A stretch of 58,866 nt of DNA from a virus. Lineage: Duplodnaviria > Caudoviricetes. The notes below the pieces were generated by a model. That model was not told the DNA's origin. It made no database searches and saw nothing but the letters and a program-made list of their open reading frames with translations. This document shows positions 46,499-56,021 of this stretch, piece after piece (the first letter of the stretch is position 1; the number at the start of each line of letters is the position of its first letter). Location of the stretch: the IMG/VR virus record IMGVR_UViG_3300037423_000489, positions 1 through 58,866 of that record. One strand, 5' to 3'. The position numbers were made by a program, and so were the translations under genes.

Positions 46499-47575
46499 TT
46501 GAATGAGCTGGAGCTATTCGCGGGCGCTGGAGGAGGCATTCTCGGAAGCATGTTGCTCGGACATAGACCAGTCTGCGCCGTTGAATCCAACGCCTATGCC
46601 AGATCAATATTATTGGCCAGACAAAACGACGGAACACTCCCGCCTTTCCCGATTTGGGATGACGTGCGCACCTTTGACGGCAGACCGTGGCGCGGAATTG
46701 TTGACGTGGTATCAGGCGGCTTTCCATGCCAAGACATCAGCGCAGCAGGTCGAGGAGAAGGAATCGACGGAGAGCGAAGCGGCCTATGGTCGGAAATGGC
46801 AAGGATTATTGGCGAGATACGACCGAAACTTGTCCGTGTGGAGAACTCCCCAAAGCTCACTAGTCGAGGGCTTGGACGTATTCTCGGAGACTTGGCCGCG
46901 ATGGGGTTCGATGCGGAATGGGGAGTCATATCTGCGGCAGACGCCGGTGCTCCACATCTGCGAGAGCGCATCTGGATTGTGGGCTACTCCAACAACAATG
47001 GACAAGTTGCCGCCGAAGTCAGAAGCAGCATTGCATCGGGAGGCAACGATTGCACGACCTGGCAGAAGCAAGCCGGCGAACTTGCGCGATCAGGTGAGCA
47101 ATATGCACAGATGGCCAACACCGAACGTTTGCGGCGGTGTCAATACGGGGCCTTTGATCCAGAACGGAAATCACTATATCCGAAAAAGTGGGAAGAAGGC
47201 GCATCTAGGTTTAGATCAGGCTGTGAAGATGTGGCCGACTCCGACGCACGCCAGCGCGCACAAAGAAGTTGTGGCAAGCCAGAAATGCAACAACCTAGTG
47301 GCGTTTGCAAAGATGTTTCCGACACCAACTGCAACGGACAGCAAGGGCGCACCTTCTTTGGAATCGGTTCAAGCGCGTGCCATGGAGAGCAAACGAGGAG
47401 TGCGACTGCCGGAACAATTGGCGCGAGATGGAGCAATTGGCCAGCTGAACCCGAATTGGGTCGAGTGGCTAATGGGGTGGCCCATCGGGTGGACAGACTT
47501 AAAGCCATTGGAAACGGCCAAGTTTCAAGAGTGGCTGCAGCAGCATTCCTTGAACTCGCAAGCAGATTCGAGTGA
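46499..47575 (+). CDS. C5 cytosine DNA methyltransferase, alpha chain
   Basis: LFAGAGG (I), GGFPCQD (IV), VENS (VI), HLRERIW (VIII), DRLKAIGNGQV (X); motif IX absent. Confidence 0.9.
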   Translation: MNELELFAGAGGGILGSMLLGHRPVCAVESNAYARSILLARQNDGTLPPFPIWDDVRTFDGRPWRGIVDVVSGGFPCQDISAAGRGEGIDGERSGLWSEMARIIGEIRPKLVRVENSPKLTSRGLGRILGDLAAMGFDAEWGVISAADAGAPHLRERIWIVGYSNNNGQVAAEVRSSIASGGNDCTTWQKQAGELARSGEQYAQMANTERLRRCQYGAFDPERKSLYPKKWEEGASRFRSGCEDVADSDARQRAQRSCGKPEMQQPSGVCKDVSDTNCNGQQGRTFFGIGSSACHGEQTRSATAGTIGARWSNWPAEPELGRVANGVAHRVDRLKAIGNGQVSRVAAAAFLELASRFE

Positions 47576-47585
47576 GGCCGCATGA
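46503..47585 (+). CDS. Overlapping-frame methyltransferase beta chain (TRD repeats plus motif IX)
   Basis: 360 codons open in +1 frame; W/F-x-T-P repeats and LNPNWVEWLMGWP. Confidence 0.75.
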   Translation: MSWSYSRALEEAFSEACCSDIDQSAPLNPTPMPDQYYWPDKTTEHSRLSRFGMTCAPLTADRGAELLTWYQAAFHAKTSAQQVEEKESTESEAAYGRKWQGLLARYDRNLSVWRTPQSSLVEGLDVFSETWPRWGSMRNGESYLRQTPVLHICESASGLWATPTTMDKLPPKSEAALHREATIARPGRSKPANLRDQVSNMHRWPTPNVCGGVNTGPLIQNGNHYIRKSGKKAHLGLDQAVKMWPTPTHASAHKEVVASQKCNNLVAFAKMFPTPTATDSKGAPSLESVQARAMESKRGVRLPEQLARDGAIGQLNPNWVEWLMGWPIGWTDLKPLETAKFQEWLQQHSLNSQADSSEAA

Positions 47586-47965
47586 TCTACAACAGCACAT
47601 TCTTCAAGCCAAGGGTGCCAATGAAGCGCGGGACGAAGCGCATGAAAACCGGACGCAGCACTTCGGCGCCAAACAAGGAAGAAAAGGCATGGATGGCTTT
47701 TATAACCGAATTTGGCTGTGTGGTCTGCTGGCTACACCACGGCGTCAAAACGCCTTGCGCTGTGCATCACATTGTTGAAGGATCTCGCCGCCTCGGTCAT
47801 CTGTTCACGATCGGGCTGTGCGACCCTGGGCATCATCAAAACGGCGATCAGCAATTGAAGATCAGCCGGCATCCATACAAAGCCAGGTTTGAGGCTGAAT
47901 ATGGGACTGAATACGAATTGCTTGCTTATTTGCAGGCAGAGAAAAATAAATTGGAGATGCGGTAA
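47582..47965 (+). CDS. Ref-like / HNH-type nuclease
   Basis: GCVVC..HH..GHLFTIGLC..HH..FEAEYGTE.ELL. Confidence 0.75.
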   Translation: MIYNSTFFKPRVPMKRGTKRMKTGRSTSAPNKEEKAWMAFITEFGCVVCWLHHGVKTPCAVHHIVEGSRRLGHLFTIGLCDPGHHQNGDQQLKISRHPYKARFEAEYGTEYELLAYLQAEKNKLEMR

Positions 47966-48834
47966 TGGCGCGCGCACGAAACATAAAACCTTCATTTTTC
48001 CAGAATGAGGAGCTTGGCGAGCTTTCACCGCTTACCAGGCTCGCATTCATTGGCATGTGGACTATTGCCGACTTCAAAGGATGTATTGAGTTTCGTCCGA
48101 AACGGTTAAAAGTTCAATTAATGCCATACGACGATTGCAACTTTGAACAAATCGCGAATGATCTAGATAAATCTGGATTAATCGCGATTTATTCGGTACG
48201 AGGTCAACGCTACATCAAGATAATCAATTTTGAGAAGCACCAGAACCCGCATAAGAACGAAAGGGAGTCTGGCAGCGATATTCCAGACATCACAGAAAAA
48301 GACAATGAAATCAATGATTTGTCTAAAGACGGAAATAATCGCGATAAAAACGGAACTGATCGTGCTGATTCCCTTAACCCTCTTCCTGATTCCTTAATCC
48401 CTTCTTCGGATTCAACTTCGTTGCCGGCAAGCGGCACCGCGCCAAAAAAGAAAATCGAATCCGATAGTTCACAGACTTGGAAAGCATACAGCGATGCTTA
48501 CTTTGCTCGCTACGGAACTGACCCAGTGCGCAATGCAAGCGTGAACGCAAAGATGGCGCAATTTGTCGGCCGGCTTGGACGTGATGAGGCTCCGCACGTC
48601 GCAAAGTTCTTTGTTGGCCACAACAACGGTTACTACGTTCGGGAAATGCATGCAGTTGGCGCGATGCTGAAAGACGCCGAAAAGCTGCGTACTGAGTGGG
48701 CGACCAACACACGGATGACAAACGCCAAAGCCGTTCAAGCCGATAAAACACAAACCAATCTTGACGCCTTTGCTCCGCTAATCGCCGCGGCTAAAGCGAA
48801 GGAAGAAGCCGAAAGGAAAGCAAATGCCGAGTAG
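47965..48834 (+). CDS. Replication initiator protein
   Basis: MARARNIKPSFF..RLAFIGMW..AD..G; F.KHQ N-terminal domain. Confidence 0.85.
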   Translation: MARARNIKPSFFQNEELGELSPLTRLAFIGMWTIADFKGCIEFRPKRLKVQLMPYDDCNFEQIANDLDKSGLIAIYSVRGQRYIKIINFEKHQNPHKNERESGSDIPDITEKDNEINDLSKDGNNRDKNGTDRADSLNPLPDSLIPSSDSTSLPASGTAPKKKIESDSSQTWKAYSDAYFARYGTDPVRNASVNAKMAQFVGRLGRDEAPHVAKFFVGHNNGYYVREMHAVGAMLKDAEKLRTEWATNTRMTNAKAVQADKTQTNLDAFAPLIAAAKAKEEAERKANAE

Positions 48835-49462
48835 CCAAGTGATCGAAGCCATCGCTGTGACTGCGGAACTATGCGGCCGTACTTTCTCGCCGGCCGCGGC
48901 AATGGTATTTGCCGGCGATCTTGAGGGGTTTCCAGATTCGGCCGTACTTGCCGCACTAAGCCGTTGCCGCAAAGAGGTTAAGGGATTATTGACCGTGGAG
49001 GACGTTGTTTCGCGTATTGATGACGGTCGGCCCGGTGTCGAAGAGGCATGGTCAATGTTGCCGCATGACGAGGAAGGGTCAGTCGTTTGGACTGATGAAA
49101 TGTCCGCGGCGTGGGGTGTGGCGCTTCCTTTGTTGAATGATGGCGATCGGATCGGCGCGCGCATGGCATTTAAAGAGGCGTACGCAAAACAGGTTGCAGA
49201 TGCGCGAAATAAAAAAACACCTGCGAAATGGACGGTTTCTTTGGGACACGATGCCGCGGGGCGCCAATCTGCTCTTGTCGAAGCCGTACGCCATAACCGA
49301 ATTGCACTTGATCACGCCGTGAATCTCTTACCAATGGACGCCGCGGAAGGACTGCTTTTATCGCTTGGTGTCAAAAACCATCCATTGCTTGCTGCACCCA
49401 GCAAAGAAGGCAAAAAGAAACTGGCCGACTTAATGCTGGTATTGAACAGAAAGTCTACATGA
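48824..49462 (+). CDS. Replication accessory (helicase loader-like) protein
   Basis: Follows initiator; DGRPG.EEAW, ARMAFKEAY, SLGHD. Confidence 0.65.
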   Translation: MPSSQVIEAIAVTAELCGRTFSPAAAMVFAGDLEGFPDSAVLAALSRCRKEVKGLLTVEDVVSRIDDGRPGVEEAWSMLPHDEEGSVVWTDEMSAAWGVALPLLNDGDRIGARMAFKEAYAKQVADARNKKTPAKWTVSLGHDAAGRQSALVEAVRHNRIALDHAVNLLPMDAAEGLLLSLGVKNHPLLAAPSKEGKKKLADLMLVLNRKST

Positions 49463-50109
49463 GCGATTTCGATAAATTTTTGGCGATCAGAAAAGCGTAC
49501 GCAGAGATTCTGCCTGTATGGATGGCTGAATATGAAGCAACCGGCGATATGCGGCAAGACCCGTATTTCATGGATTGGGATTTCACGCCAATCGAGCAAA
49601 ACGTATGGAGCGACATCCGCGGCCTAGGCTTGCCGTTTTATCCGCAAGTTCCGGTACTCAATTACTTCGTCGATTTTGCCTGCCCATTCCTGAAAATCGG
49701 CATCGAATGCGATGGCAAAGCATGGCACAAGCATGATCTTGATAAAGCCAGAGATGCGCGATTAGCCGCGGCTGGATGGATGATCTTCAGGATAGAAGGC
49801 CATGAATGCAAGCGTGTGATAGAGCCGTTTTACGAGTCCGAATACGAGGAGTTGGACGAACAGAAAATCTATCATTTTTTTCTGACGACTTCTGAAGGCG
49901 TGATGACAGCAATTAAAAATCGATACTTCGATGAGAACCCGACGGACAAATACAGCTATTTCATGGATGCGACTTTATTTGAGCACAGATCGACGCCTGA
50001 GACTTTTCCGGTGCGACGAAAAATAGCAAACACAGATCCGGTTTTATTGAGGATTTCACTTGCAGGTTATTTGGACGTTCTATTTAGCAGAATGACGCCC
50101 GCAGCATGA
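49459..50109 (+). CDS. DUF559 / Vsr-like endonuclease
   Basis: PQVPV..YFVDFA..IECDG..WH..D.ARD..L..GW..R. Confidence 0.85.
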   Translation: MSDFDKFLAIRKAYAEILPVWMAEYEATGDMRQDPYFMDWDFTPIEQNVWSDIRGLGLPFYPQVPVLNYFVDFACPFLKIGIECDGKAWHKHDLDKARDARLAAAGWMIFRIEGHECKRVIEPFYESEYEELDEQKIYHFFLTTSEGVMTAIKNRYFDENPTDKYSYFMDATLFEHRSTPETFPVRRKIANTDPVLLRISLAGYLDVLFSRMTPAA

Positions 50110-50297
50110 CCTGCAAATGCGGCACAAAGCGCTACATGGAGTTCGAGTGCGTTTTGTGCTGTGTCCGCTGATTATCACAGATGACGACCGAGGAAATGCA
50201 GTTAAACGCACCTGTAATAGCAATCGTTGCAGGTGAAGAGCAGTTAAGCAGGGTTCGCAAGGCATGGGCCGAGCGGAATTTAAATAAGGAGAAGTGA
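50106..50297 (+). pseudogene. Small Cys-rich gene with in-frame TGA at codon 22
   Basis: MTCKCG..CVLCCVR*LSQM..VRKAW..; fills the slot between 50109 and 50299 exactly. Confidence 0.5.
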
Positions 50298-50298
50298 G

Positions 50299-50541
50299 AT
50301 GCATTATCGAAATGGTCGTGAAGCAAAGAATGGCGACAAGATCGTCAAGCTGGAAGGCGGAAAAGTGGTTTCCTATGGCGTGCTGCATAGCGCCACGCCG
50401 GGAAATGACTACTGCAATGGAAATATCGCTGTGATTCAACCAGCAAGCGATTACGCATGCATGGTTGATTGTCTGCATATCGACGATGTGGCAGAACTAC
50501 TTGCTGAAAAAGGTTTGGACAAGCGACCAGAAGGTAAGTAA
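50299..50541 (+). CDS. Conserved hypothetical protein
   Basis: AAGGAG RBS; MHYRNGREAKNGD..CLHIDD. Confidence 0.75.
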   Translation: MHYRNGREAKNGDKIVKLEGGKVVSYGVLHSATPGNDYCNGNIAVIQPASDYACMVDCLHIDDVAELLAEKGLDKRPEGK

Positions 50542-50597
50542 CAGGCTCATGTTGCGACCTGCGCGCCTGCGTGCGCAGGAATTCATAGGAGATTTAA

Positions 50598-51164
50598 ATG
50601 AAAGCTGAAATTATTTGTATTGCAGACCGCAGCGGCTCGATGCAATCGATTCGCAATGATGTGATTGGGGGATTTAATTCATTCCTCAAAGACCAGCAAT
50701 CAGTCCCTGGCGAAGCGCGAATGACATATACCCAGTTCGATGCTGAACATGAAGTCGTGTATCAAGGAAAGCCATTGAGCGAAGCACCACAGCTTGACGA
50801 TAAGACATTCGTTCCACGTGGATCAACTGCATTGCTAGACGCAATCGGCATGACGATGAATACGCAGGGAAAGCGCATTGCGGAAGAAAAGTGGGCTGAC
50901 AAAGTAATCGTTTGCATCATCACTGACGGCGGCGAAAACGCTAGCAAGGAATACAAACTAGATCAAATTAAAAGCATGATCGAGCACGCTCAAAAAAATG
51001 AATGGAGTTTTATTTTTCTAGCTGCCAACCAAGACGCTTTTGCGGTCGGTAGCACAATGGGAATTTCAGCCGCCACGACGATGAATTTTTCTGCAAATGC
51101 CGCTGGTACTGCGCAAGCATATGCATCCACAAGCGCGATGACTCGCTCTCTCAGATCCAATTGA
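50598..51164 (+). CDS. vWA-domain protein
   Basis: MIDAS DRSGSM, T.LLDAIG, ITDG.ENAS.E. Confidence 0.9.
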   Translation: MKAEIICIADRSGSMQSIRNDVIGGFNSFLKDQQSVPGEARMTYTQFDAEHEVVYQGKPLSEAPQLDDKTFVPRGSTALLDAIGMTMNTQGKRIAEEKWADKVIVCIITDGGENASKEYKLDQIKSMIEHAQKNEWSFIFLAANQDAFAVGSTMGISAATTMNFSANAAGTAQAYASTSAMTRSLRSN

Positions 51165-51172
51165 GGGAAACC

Positions 51173-51457
51173 ATGCAAACACAAACATACGATCCAAACA
51201 AATTGCTAGACGCTCTCATTGAGCGCATGCACCTCAAGAACGACGCTGCGCTTGCTCGCATGCTGGAAGTTGCGCCGCCGGTGATCAGCAAGATCCGCCA
51301 CGGCCGATTGCCGGTCGGAGCTTCGTTGCTTATCACGATGCACGAAGTATCGAAGTTTAGTATTCGTGAGCTGCGTGACTTGATGGGAGATCGGCGCGGA
51401 ACATTCCGCATGGGACATATGGTCAATCCGAATCGCGTTCCTGCGGAAGTGGGATAA
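51173..51457 (+). CDS. Small HTH protein
   Basis: LKNDAALARMLEVAPPVISKIRH; family I recall from Oxalobacteraceae genomes. Confidence 0.75.
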   Translation: MQTQTYDPNKLLDALIERMHLKNDAALARMLEVAPPVISKIRHGRLPVGASLLITMHEVSKFSIRELRDLMGDRRGTFRMGHMVNPNRVPAEVG

Positions 51458-51484
51458 CGACATTCAAACAACAGAAAGGTCATC

Positions 51485-51754
51485 ATGAAAATAATAAAGG
51501 TAAAAGATTTTTCTCCGACTCCAGGTGCTGAATGGAGTCCAAGCGCATACCCAGGGGACGGAGCATATATCACTCCCACTATTGGATTGGTTCTCGTTGC
51601 GGGAGGAGGTGTATATCAAGCCGGAATAAATGCGCTTTCCTTGATTTCACAGAGTGCAAGTGACGAGGCTTCAGGCGGCGTATCAGGCGACGTTCTGCTG
51701 AAAGCAATCGCCATCGCACAAGATCCAAATCTGGCCGCAACGCTTTGCAAATAG
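51485..51754 (+). CDS. Hypothetical protein
   Basis: AAAGG RBS; operon context. Confidence 0.55.
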   Translation: MKIIKVKDFSPTPGAEWSPSAYPGDGAYITPTIGLVLVAGGGVYQAGINALSLISQSASDEASGGVSGDVLLKAIAIAQDPNLAATLCK

Positions 51755-51760
51755 AGATGA

Positions 51761-52063
51761 ATGATGCGCCACGCAAAGCGAACTGACCATAACCATTCAG
51801 AAATTCGTGACGGCTTGCGCGCCGCCGGCTATGTCGTCGCGGACTTGTCGGCAATAGGACACGGCGTGCCGGATCTGCGCGTATTGGTAAGCACTGAGCC
51901 GATGCGCTGCCTATACCTTGAAATCAAGGTTGGCAACGAGGGCTTGACCGATAAAGAACGGGATTGGTTCAAACACAATCCGGAAAACAGCCGCATGGTC
52001 AATTCATTGGAATCGGCATTGACGGAAATTGAAAAATTCAAGGATGAATATGTCACGCAATAA
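51761..52063 (+). CDS. VRR-NUC-like nuclease
   Basis: D.NH.EI..LR..G..GVPDL..LEIK..LT..E..W. Confidence 0.8.
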   Translation: MMRHAKRTDHNHSEIRDGLRAAGYVVADLSAIGHGVPDLRVLVSTEPMRCLYLEIKVGNEGLTDKERDWFKHNPENSRMVNSLESALTEIEKFKDEYVTQ

Positions 52064-52499
52064 GAAAACACGCAAAGCATACCGTCCGCGCGCCGTGCAT
52101 GTACCGATGATGGCCGAAACGCATGAACGATTGGCGCTGACTCTGCACATGGCCGTCGAAACGCTGATCAGCCGCCCATCGTCAACGGCATACAACGAGA
52201 TGACCAAGAAAATAGCATCTCTGACAGATGCCGTCGGCAACATGCGCAACACAAGCGATTTATCCGGCCATCGTGACGCCACGGCAAATGCGCTCCGTAC
52301 CGCTGTCATGGTTCTTGATTCTGTTTGGAAGCGCTGGGAGCGCACAGGAGCGGTAGCAGTGACAGAGATCGAGGCAATCAGCCTGCGCAATGCCTGCGGC
52401 GTTCTGGACAACGCGATCAAGGAAATACCCAAGAACGTATTTGATGCATGCGTCCTGCAGGTAAATCAGGATGCGTTTTATCGGCAACAGGGGGTTTGA
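52050..52499 (+). CDS. Hypothetical protein
   Basis: RK.RKAYRPR N-terminus; overlap-coupled. Confidence 0.65.
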   Translation: MSRNKKTRKAYRPRAVHVPMMAETHERLALTLHMAVETLISRPSSTAYNEMTKKIASLTDAVGNMRNTSDLSGHRDATANALRTAVMVLDSVWKRWERTGAVAVTEIEAISLRNACGVLDNAIKEIPKNVFDACVLQVNQDAFYRQQGV

Positions 52500-52501
52500 A
52501 T

Positions 52502-52843
52502 ATGGCAATTGCGAATTTCAATTTCGAATCTGCGCTAAGCAAAGAAAGAATGCTGGAAATCCAATATCAGACACGGCATCGCGCTATGACAGTGGCACAG
52601 ATCGCCAATGAGATGGAGCTAACGGCTTCGTGCGTGTCTCCGTATGTCGCCTACATGCGCGATAACGGCCTGCTGATCATCGAAAGGCAGGAGTTCGTGC
52701 AAGGCGGTAATAACAAACCTTTGAATTTTTATCGATTCACCGGCCATATGCCGGATGTTGAGAGAACGCCAAAAGGGCGGCGTAAAAAGGAAAAGCCCAT
52801 ACGGCGCGATCATCTTGTAGCTGCGTTATTTGGTGCCGCATGA
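52502..52843 (+). CDS. HTH protein
   Basis: MTVAQIANEMEL..; RRDHLVAALFG C-terminus. Confidence 0.7.
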   Translation: MAIANFNFESALSKERMLEIQYQTRHRAMTVAQIANEMELTASCVSPYVAYMRDNGLLIIERQEFVQGGNNKPLNFYRFTGHMPDVERTPKGRRKKEKPIRRDHLVAALFGAA

Positions 52844-53014
52844 AAGCTGAATGGTGGGAAAAGATTGATGTGCAGGCTTTGAAGGAAGTCAGGCGGAATA
52901 AGCCGCCTAGCAGGGCAAGAGAAGCAAGGTATTACAAAGATCCGGCATTATCTTTTGAGTTAGAAAGTGCGCGGAAGAGGAAATCAGAAGCAAAGAAAAC
53001 GAGGAATAAGTGAC

Positions 53015-53674
53015 ATGTCTGATGTTGACGATTCTGGCAGGCCACATAAAAAAGTTTATGCGCGTGGGTATTTTGATGGGCTGCGTGCGGCTGGAATAGA
53101 AACGTCTGGCATGTCTATTATAAGGAGCGGTATGACTGAATCAAAATTTAATTCGTTGTTTTCTGGCTTAACTTCGATAGCTAGAAAAGTGTACGAATGT
53201 GTTCCTATATCCGCTCCATGGACCGCAAGCCAAATTTATTCCGAGATCAAGAGGCAAGGTAGTAGCTTGGACATTAAATCAATCGCCGGATGCTTATGCT
53301 CACTTGTTAACCAAGGTTTAGTTCTTGAGCGTAAAAAAGGCGAGTTCATTCGCGCAAGCGTGAAAAAGAAAATTGAATCTACAACGATTCCTACTATTTC
53401 TGTAAAAGCACCAACAACGATTGAAAGCAAATCAACTAACAGCATGGAGATAAATATGGATGTAAAGGTGAGCGCAAATAAAAAAGACCCTATTAATAAA
53501 TTGGGCGACATATCTACGCGAGCCTTGCAAATTAGCGCGGATTTAAAAAGCTTGGCTAACGATATTGAAAACACTGCACTCGAAATTGCTGAGCATATGT
53601 CATCACGTGACGCTGAAAATGCAAAGCTTAAACAGTTGCAGCAGTTATTGAAAAGCCTTGGAGTAGGAGATTAG
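53015..53674 (+). CDS. Winged-helix plus coiled-coil hypothetical protein
   Basis: ARKVYECVPI..W; KLKQLQQLLKSL; start uncertain. Confidence 0.6.
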   Translation: MSDVDDSGRPHKKVYARGYFDGLRAAGIETSGMSIIRSGMTESKFNSLFSGLTSIARKVYECVPISAPWTASQIYSEIKRQGSSLDIKSIAGCLCSLVNQGLVLERKKGEFIRASVKKKIESTTIPTISVKAPTTIESKSTNSMEINMDVKVSANKKDPINKLGDISTRALQISADLKSLANDIENTALEIAEHMSSRDAENAKLKQLQQLLKSLGVGD

Positions 53675-53675
53675 C

Positions 53676-54164
53676 ATGCCAATTATTTTTCCAGATAGGT
53701 GCAAAGGAACCACAGCAGGAGCATTGAGAGAGCTAAAGAGGGATGGATTTACACGGGCGGCTGGCGGATGGTTTAGCCAAGATTTTTTGAGCAATAACCT
53801 TTTAGTCGGTAATAATTTTGATTTGTACTTAAGTAAAAATGAACCATTGGGAGAATTTATGAATAAGGCTGAAATTACAAAAGAAAATATTGATAACGTA
53901 AGCGATGCAATCAGAAAAGCGTCTGTAAATATGGTTGAAACAGCACGCGAAGCCAACAAACAATTGAATGATGCATCAGGAAAGATGCGTGACGGCACAG
54001 AAAAACTCAGCGTCGCAATTGAAAAAATGATGAAGATTGCAGGAAGGGCAGATTTTGCCAACACGGTAAAGATCACCGAATCATTTGTTTCTTCTCTTGA
54101 GAGACTTGCAGAGCTTGAAGAAAAAGGTCTGCTTGATAAGGTAATGAAGGCGATGTCGAAATAG
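53676..54164 (+). CDS. Coiled-coil hypothetical protein
   Basis: Helical C-terminal half; start may be the internal MNKAE. Confidence 0.5.
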   Translation: MPIIFPDRCKGTTAGALRELKRDGFTRAAGGWFSQDFLSNNLLVGNNFDLYLSKNEPLGEFMNKAEITKENIDNVSDAIRKASVNMVETAREANKQLNDASGKMRDGTEKLSVAIEKMMKIAGRADFANTVKITESFVSSLERLAELEEKGLLDKVMKAMSK

Positions 54165-54285
54165 ATTTAAAAAAATGCCGCGTCCAAAGAGGCGCGGCAA
54201 TAAATTGAGTAAAGCGATCCGATTATATATAAGGGGGTCGCATGGAAAAAGTTCTTTCTAGCTTCCCATCACTGAAAGGGACGCT

Positions 54286-54693
54286 ATGACTGATCAAGAA
54301 TTGCATGCTTATTGCATCGAGTGGGTTCAATGGTGCCGGACTCGCGGCTTTTATCTAAAGCCTGGTGCAAAGAACATTTTGGCGCGCATGCAGCCAAGTA
54401 AATCAGGGCGTGAGCCGAATGCGCGGAACAGTCCAGATATGCAGTTCTTTAATATGGCGATTCATGCAATTGCGGATATGAAGGAAAACGATGCTTTGCT
54501 GGCGTGCTTCAATCTGTATTATGTCGATCATGCGCCGAACGTGAAAGCCGAGGCGAACAAGCTGGGAATCAGTCGTCCGACCTACTACAACAGAGCAAAG
54601 GCGTTCGCTCGCAAGGCATATTCCATGTCATTGAGTTTGAAGCAGGCGCACAAGCACATGATGGCTTCAGACGTGGAGATGATAGTAGATTGA
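54286..54693 (+). CDS. Late gene regulator (Q-like, C-terminal HTH)
   Basis: W..W N-terminus, A.KLGISRPTYY HTH; last early gene before structural cassette. Confidence 0.65.
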   Translation: MTDQELHAYCIEWVQWCRTRGFYLKPGAKNILARMQPSKSGREPNARNSPDMQFFNMAIHAIADMKENDALLACFNLYYVDHAPNVKAEANKLGISRPTYYNRAKAFARKAYSMSLSLKQAHKHMMASDVEMIVD

Positions 54694-54808
54694 GTGTAAA
54701 GGATTTGCTTTACAAAATAATCCGGAAAATTTTTTACACTTAGCCTATTATTTATTCATTCTATGACAGGCTTAAAAACTGTCACTTTGAAAAGAAGAAA
54801 ACATAGCC

Positions 54809-54997
54809 ATGAGCGTCACTGAAAAGGTCATTGAGGAAATGGCCGACGCTTTCGCCGCGATGGGCAGCCTGCAGGACAGGCAGATATATGCCGAAGGTTT
54901 AAAACAAGTCGCAATGCTGGCAGAGGCAGAGCTGATCAACCGAATGCAGCTCCAGTACGTCCAAATGTCGATTCCAGTCGGCTACCAGAAACACTGA
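54809..54997 (+). CDS. Hypothetical protein
   Basis: 62-aa ORF after putative late promoter. Confidence 0.45.
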   Translation: MSVTEKVIEEMADAFAAMGSLQDRQIYAEGLKQVAMLAEAELINRMQLQYVQMSIPVGYQKH

Positions 54998-55033
54998 ACA
55001 GAGTCTCCTTCCACCGTCACTAGCGGCGGATCT

Positions 55034-55068
55034 CGCCCGATGTCGGATTACCGATGTCGGGCTTTTTT
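55034..55068 (+). terminator. Terminator in late leader
   Basis: gcccgatgtcgg-atta-ccgatgtcgggc plus T-tract. Confidence 0.7.
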
Positions 55069-55089
55069 ATTTGAAAGTCAGGAAAAATC

Positions 55090-55548
55090 ATGGCCAGAGG
55101 CGATGTCCACTTATTTGCAGCTTACGAACTGAAATCGAAAGCCGGCACAGGCTTTAATTTGACTTCCGACACGATCAAACTCGGCATTGTTACCAGCACG
55201 ACCGTTCCGACTGTATCGACTGCTGATCCGAGATGGGGTGCTGGCGGGACAACTGACTTTTCTGCAAACCAGGTTGCGACCGCAACAGCATATACCGGTC
55301 CTATCGCGCTGACATCCGTTTCTTACACGCGGACTAATGGTGTTAACACCTTCTCCGCTGCCAATATCACAGTAGCGCAAGACGCATCCGGTTTCACAAA
55401 TGCCGCATATGGCATTCTTTACGATGACACAGTAGCTGGTAAGTTCGCTATTGGTTTTGTGGATTTGGGCGGACCTGTATCGATTACGGGCGGCGCATTA
55501 AATATTAACTGGAATGCATCTGGAATCTTCACTGAAACAGCTGCGTAA
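55090..55548 (+). CDS. Putative virion fibre subunit
   Basis: DTIKL..; A.YG.LY.DT..IGFVDLGG..I.WNASGIF pattern of small beta-sandwich structural proteins. Confidence 0.6.
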   Translation: MARGDVHLFAAYELKSKAGTGFNLTSDTIKLGIVTSTTVPTVSTADPRWGAGGTTDFSANQVATATAYTGPIALTSVSYTRTNGVNTFSAANITVAQDASGFTNAAYGILYDDTVAGKFAIGFVDLGGPVSITGGALNINWNASGIFTETAA

Positions 55549-56021
55549 TGACGCCAGATCAACTCACTGCACTCAAGTCTGAGCTGCAAAACGATCCAAA
55601 AGCCATCGGGTACGGCGCAATGCCGCCATCTAATCCGATGGCGATCGTGAATTTGATCAATGCACCGACGCAATCGATGATCAAGCAGATTACTTCTGCT
55701 GTCGCGATGACATGGGCCGCTGCGGGCCCGTATGCCGAAATTGTTGATGCTGCAAATAATGCGCAGCATCCTTGCAGGTCTTCATGTCTTGTCGTGCAGC
55801 AGACTTTTGCATCCGGTCAGGATATTCATCTGGAAGATCCGAAGGTGAAGTCGATGTTTGACGCTTGGGTGACAGCCGATTTGATCACACAGGCTCAACA
55901 GGATTCACTGATGGCTTTGTCAAACCAAATTGTTAGCAGGGCGCAGGTAATCGGCCTGCCTGAAGTCACTTATAAAGACGTGTGTGACGTGTTCTGGAAC
56001 ATTGATGGATCACTTAAATAA
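55548..56021 (+). CDS. Hypothetical protein in fibre cassette
   Basis: TAATG coupling; LKSELQNDP..GY, SRAQVIGL. Confidence 0.6.
   Translation: MTPDQLTALKSELQNDPKAIGYGAMPPSNPMAIVNLINAPTQSMIKQITSAVAMTWAAAGPYAEIVDAANNAQHPCRSSCLVVQQTFASGQDIHLEDPKVKSMFDAWVTADLITQAQQDSLMALSNQIVSRAQVIGLPEVTYKDVCDVFWNIDGSLK

Noticed and set aside
28499-50171. Genome-wide TGA recoding
   Set aside because: Many clear genes end in TGA with ATGA coupling, and no TCA-anticodon tRNA is present
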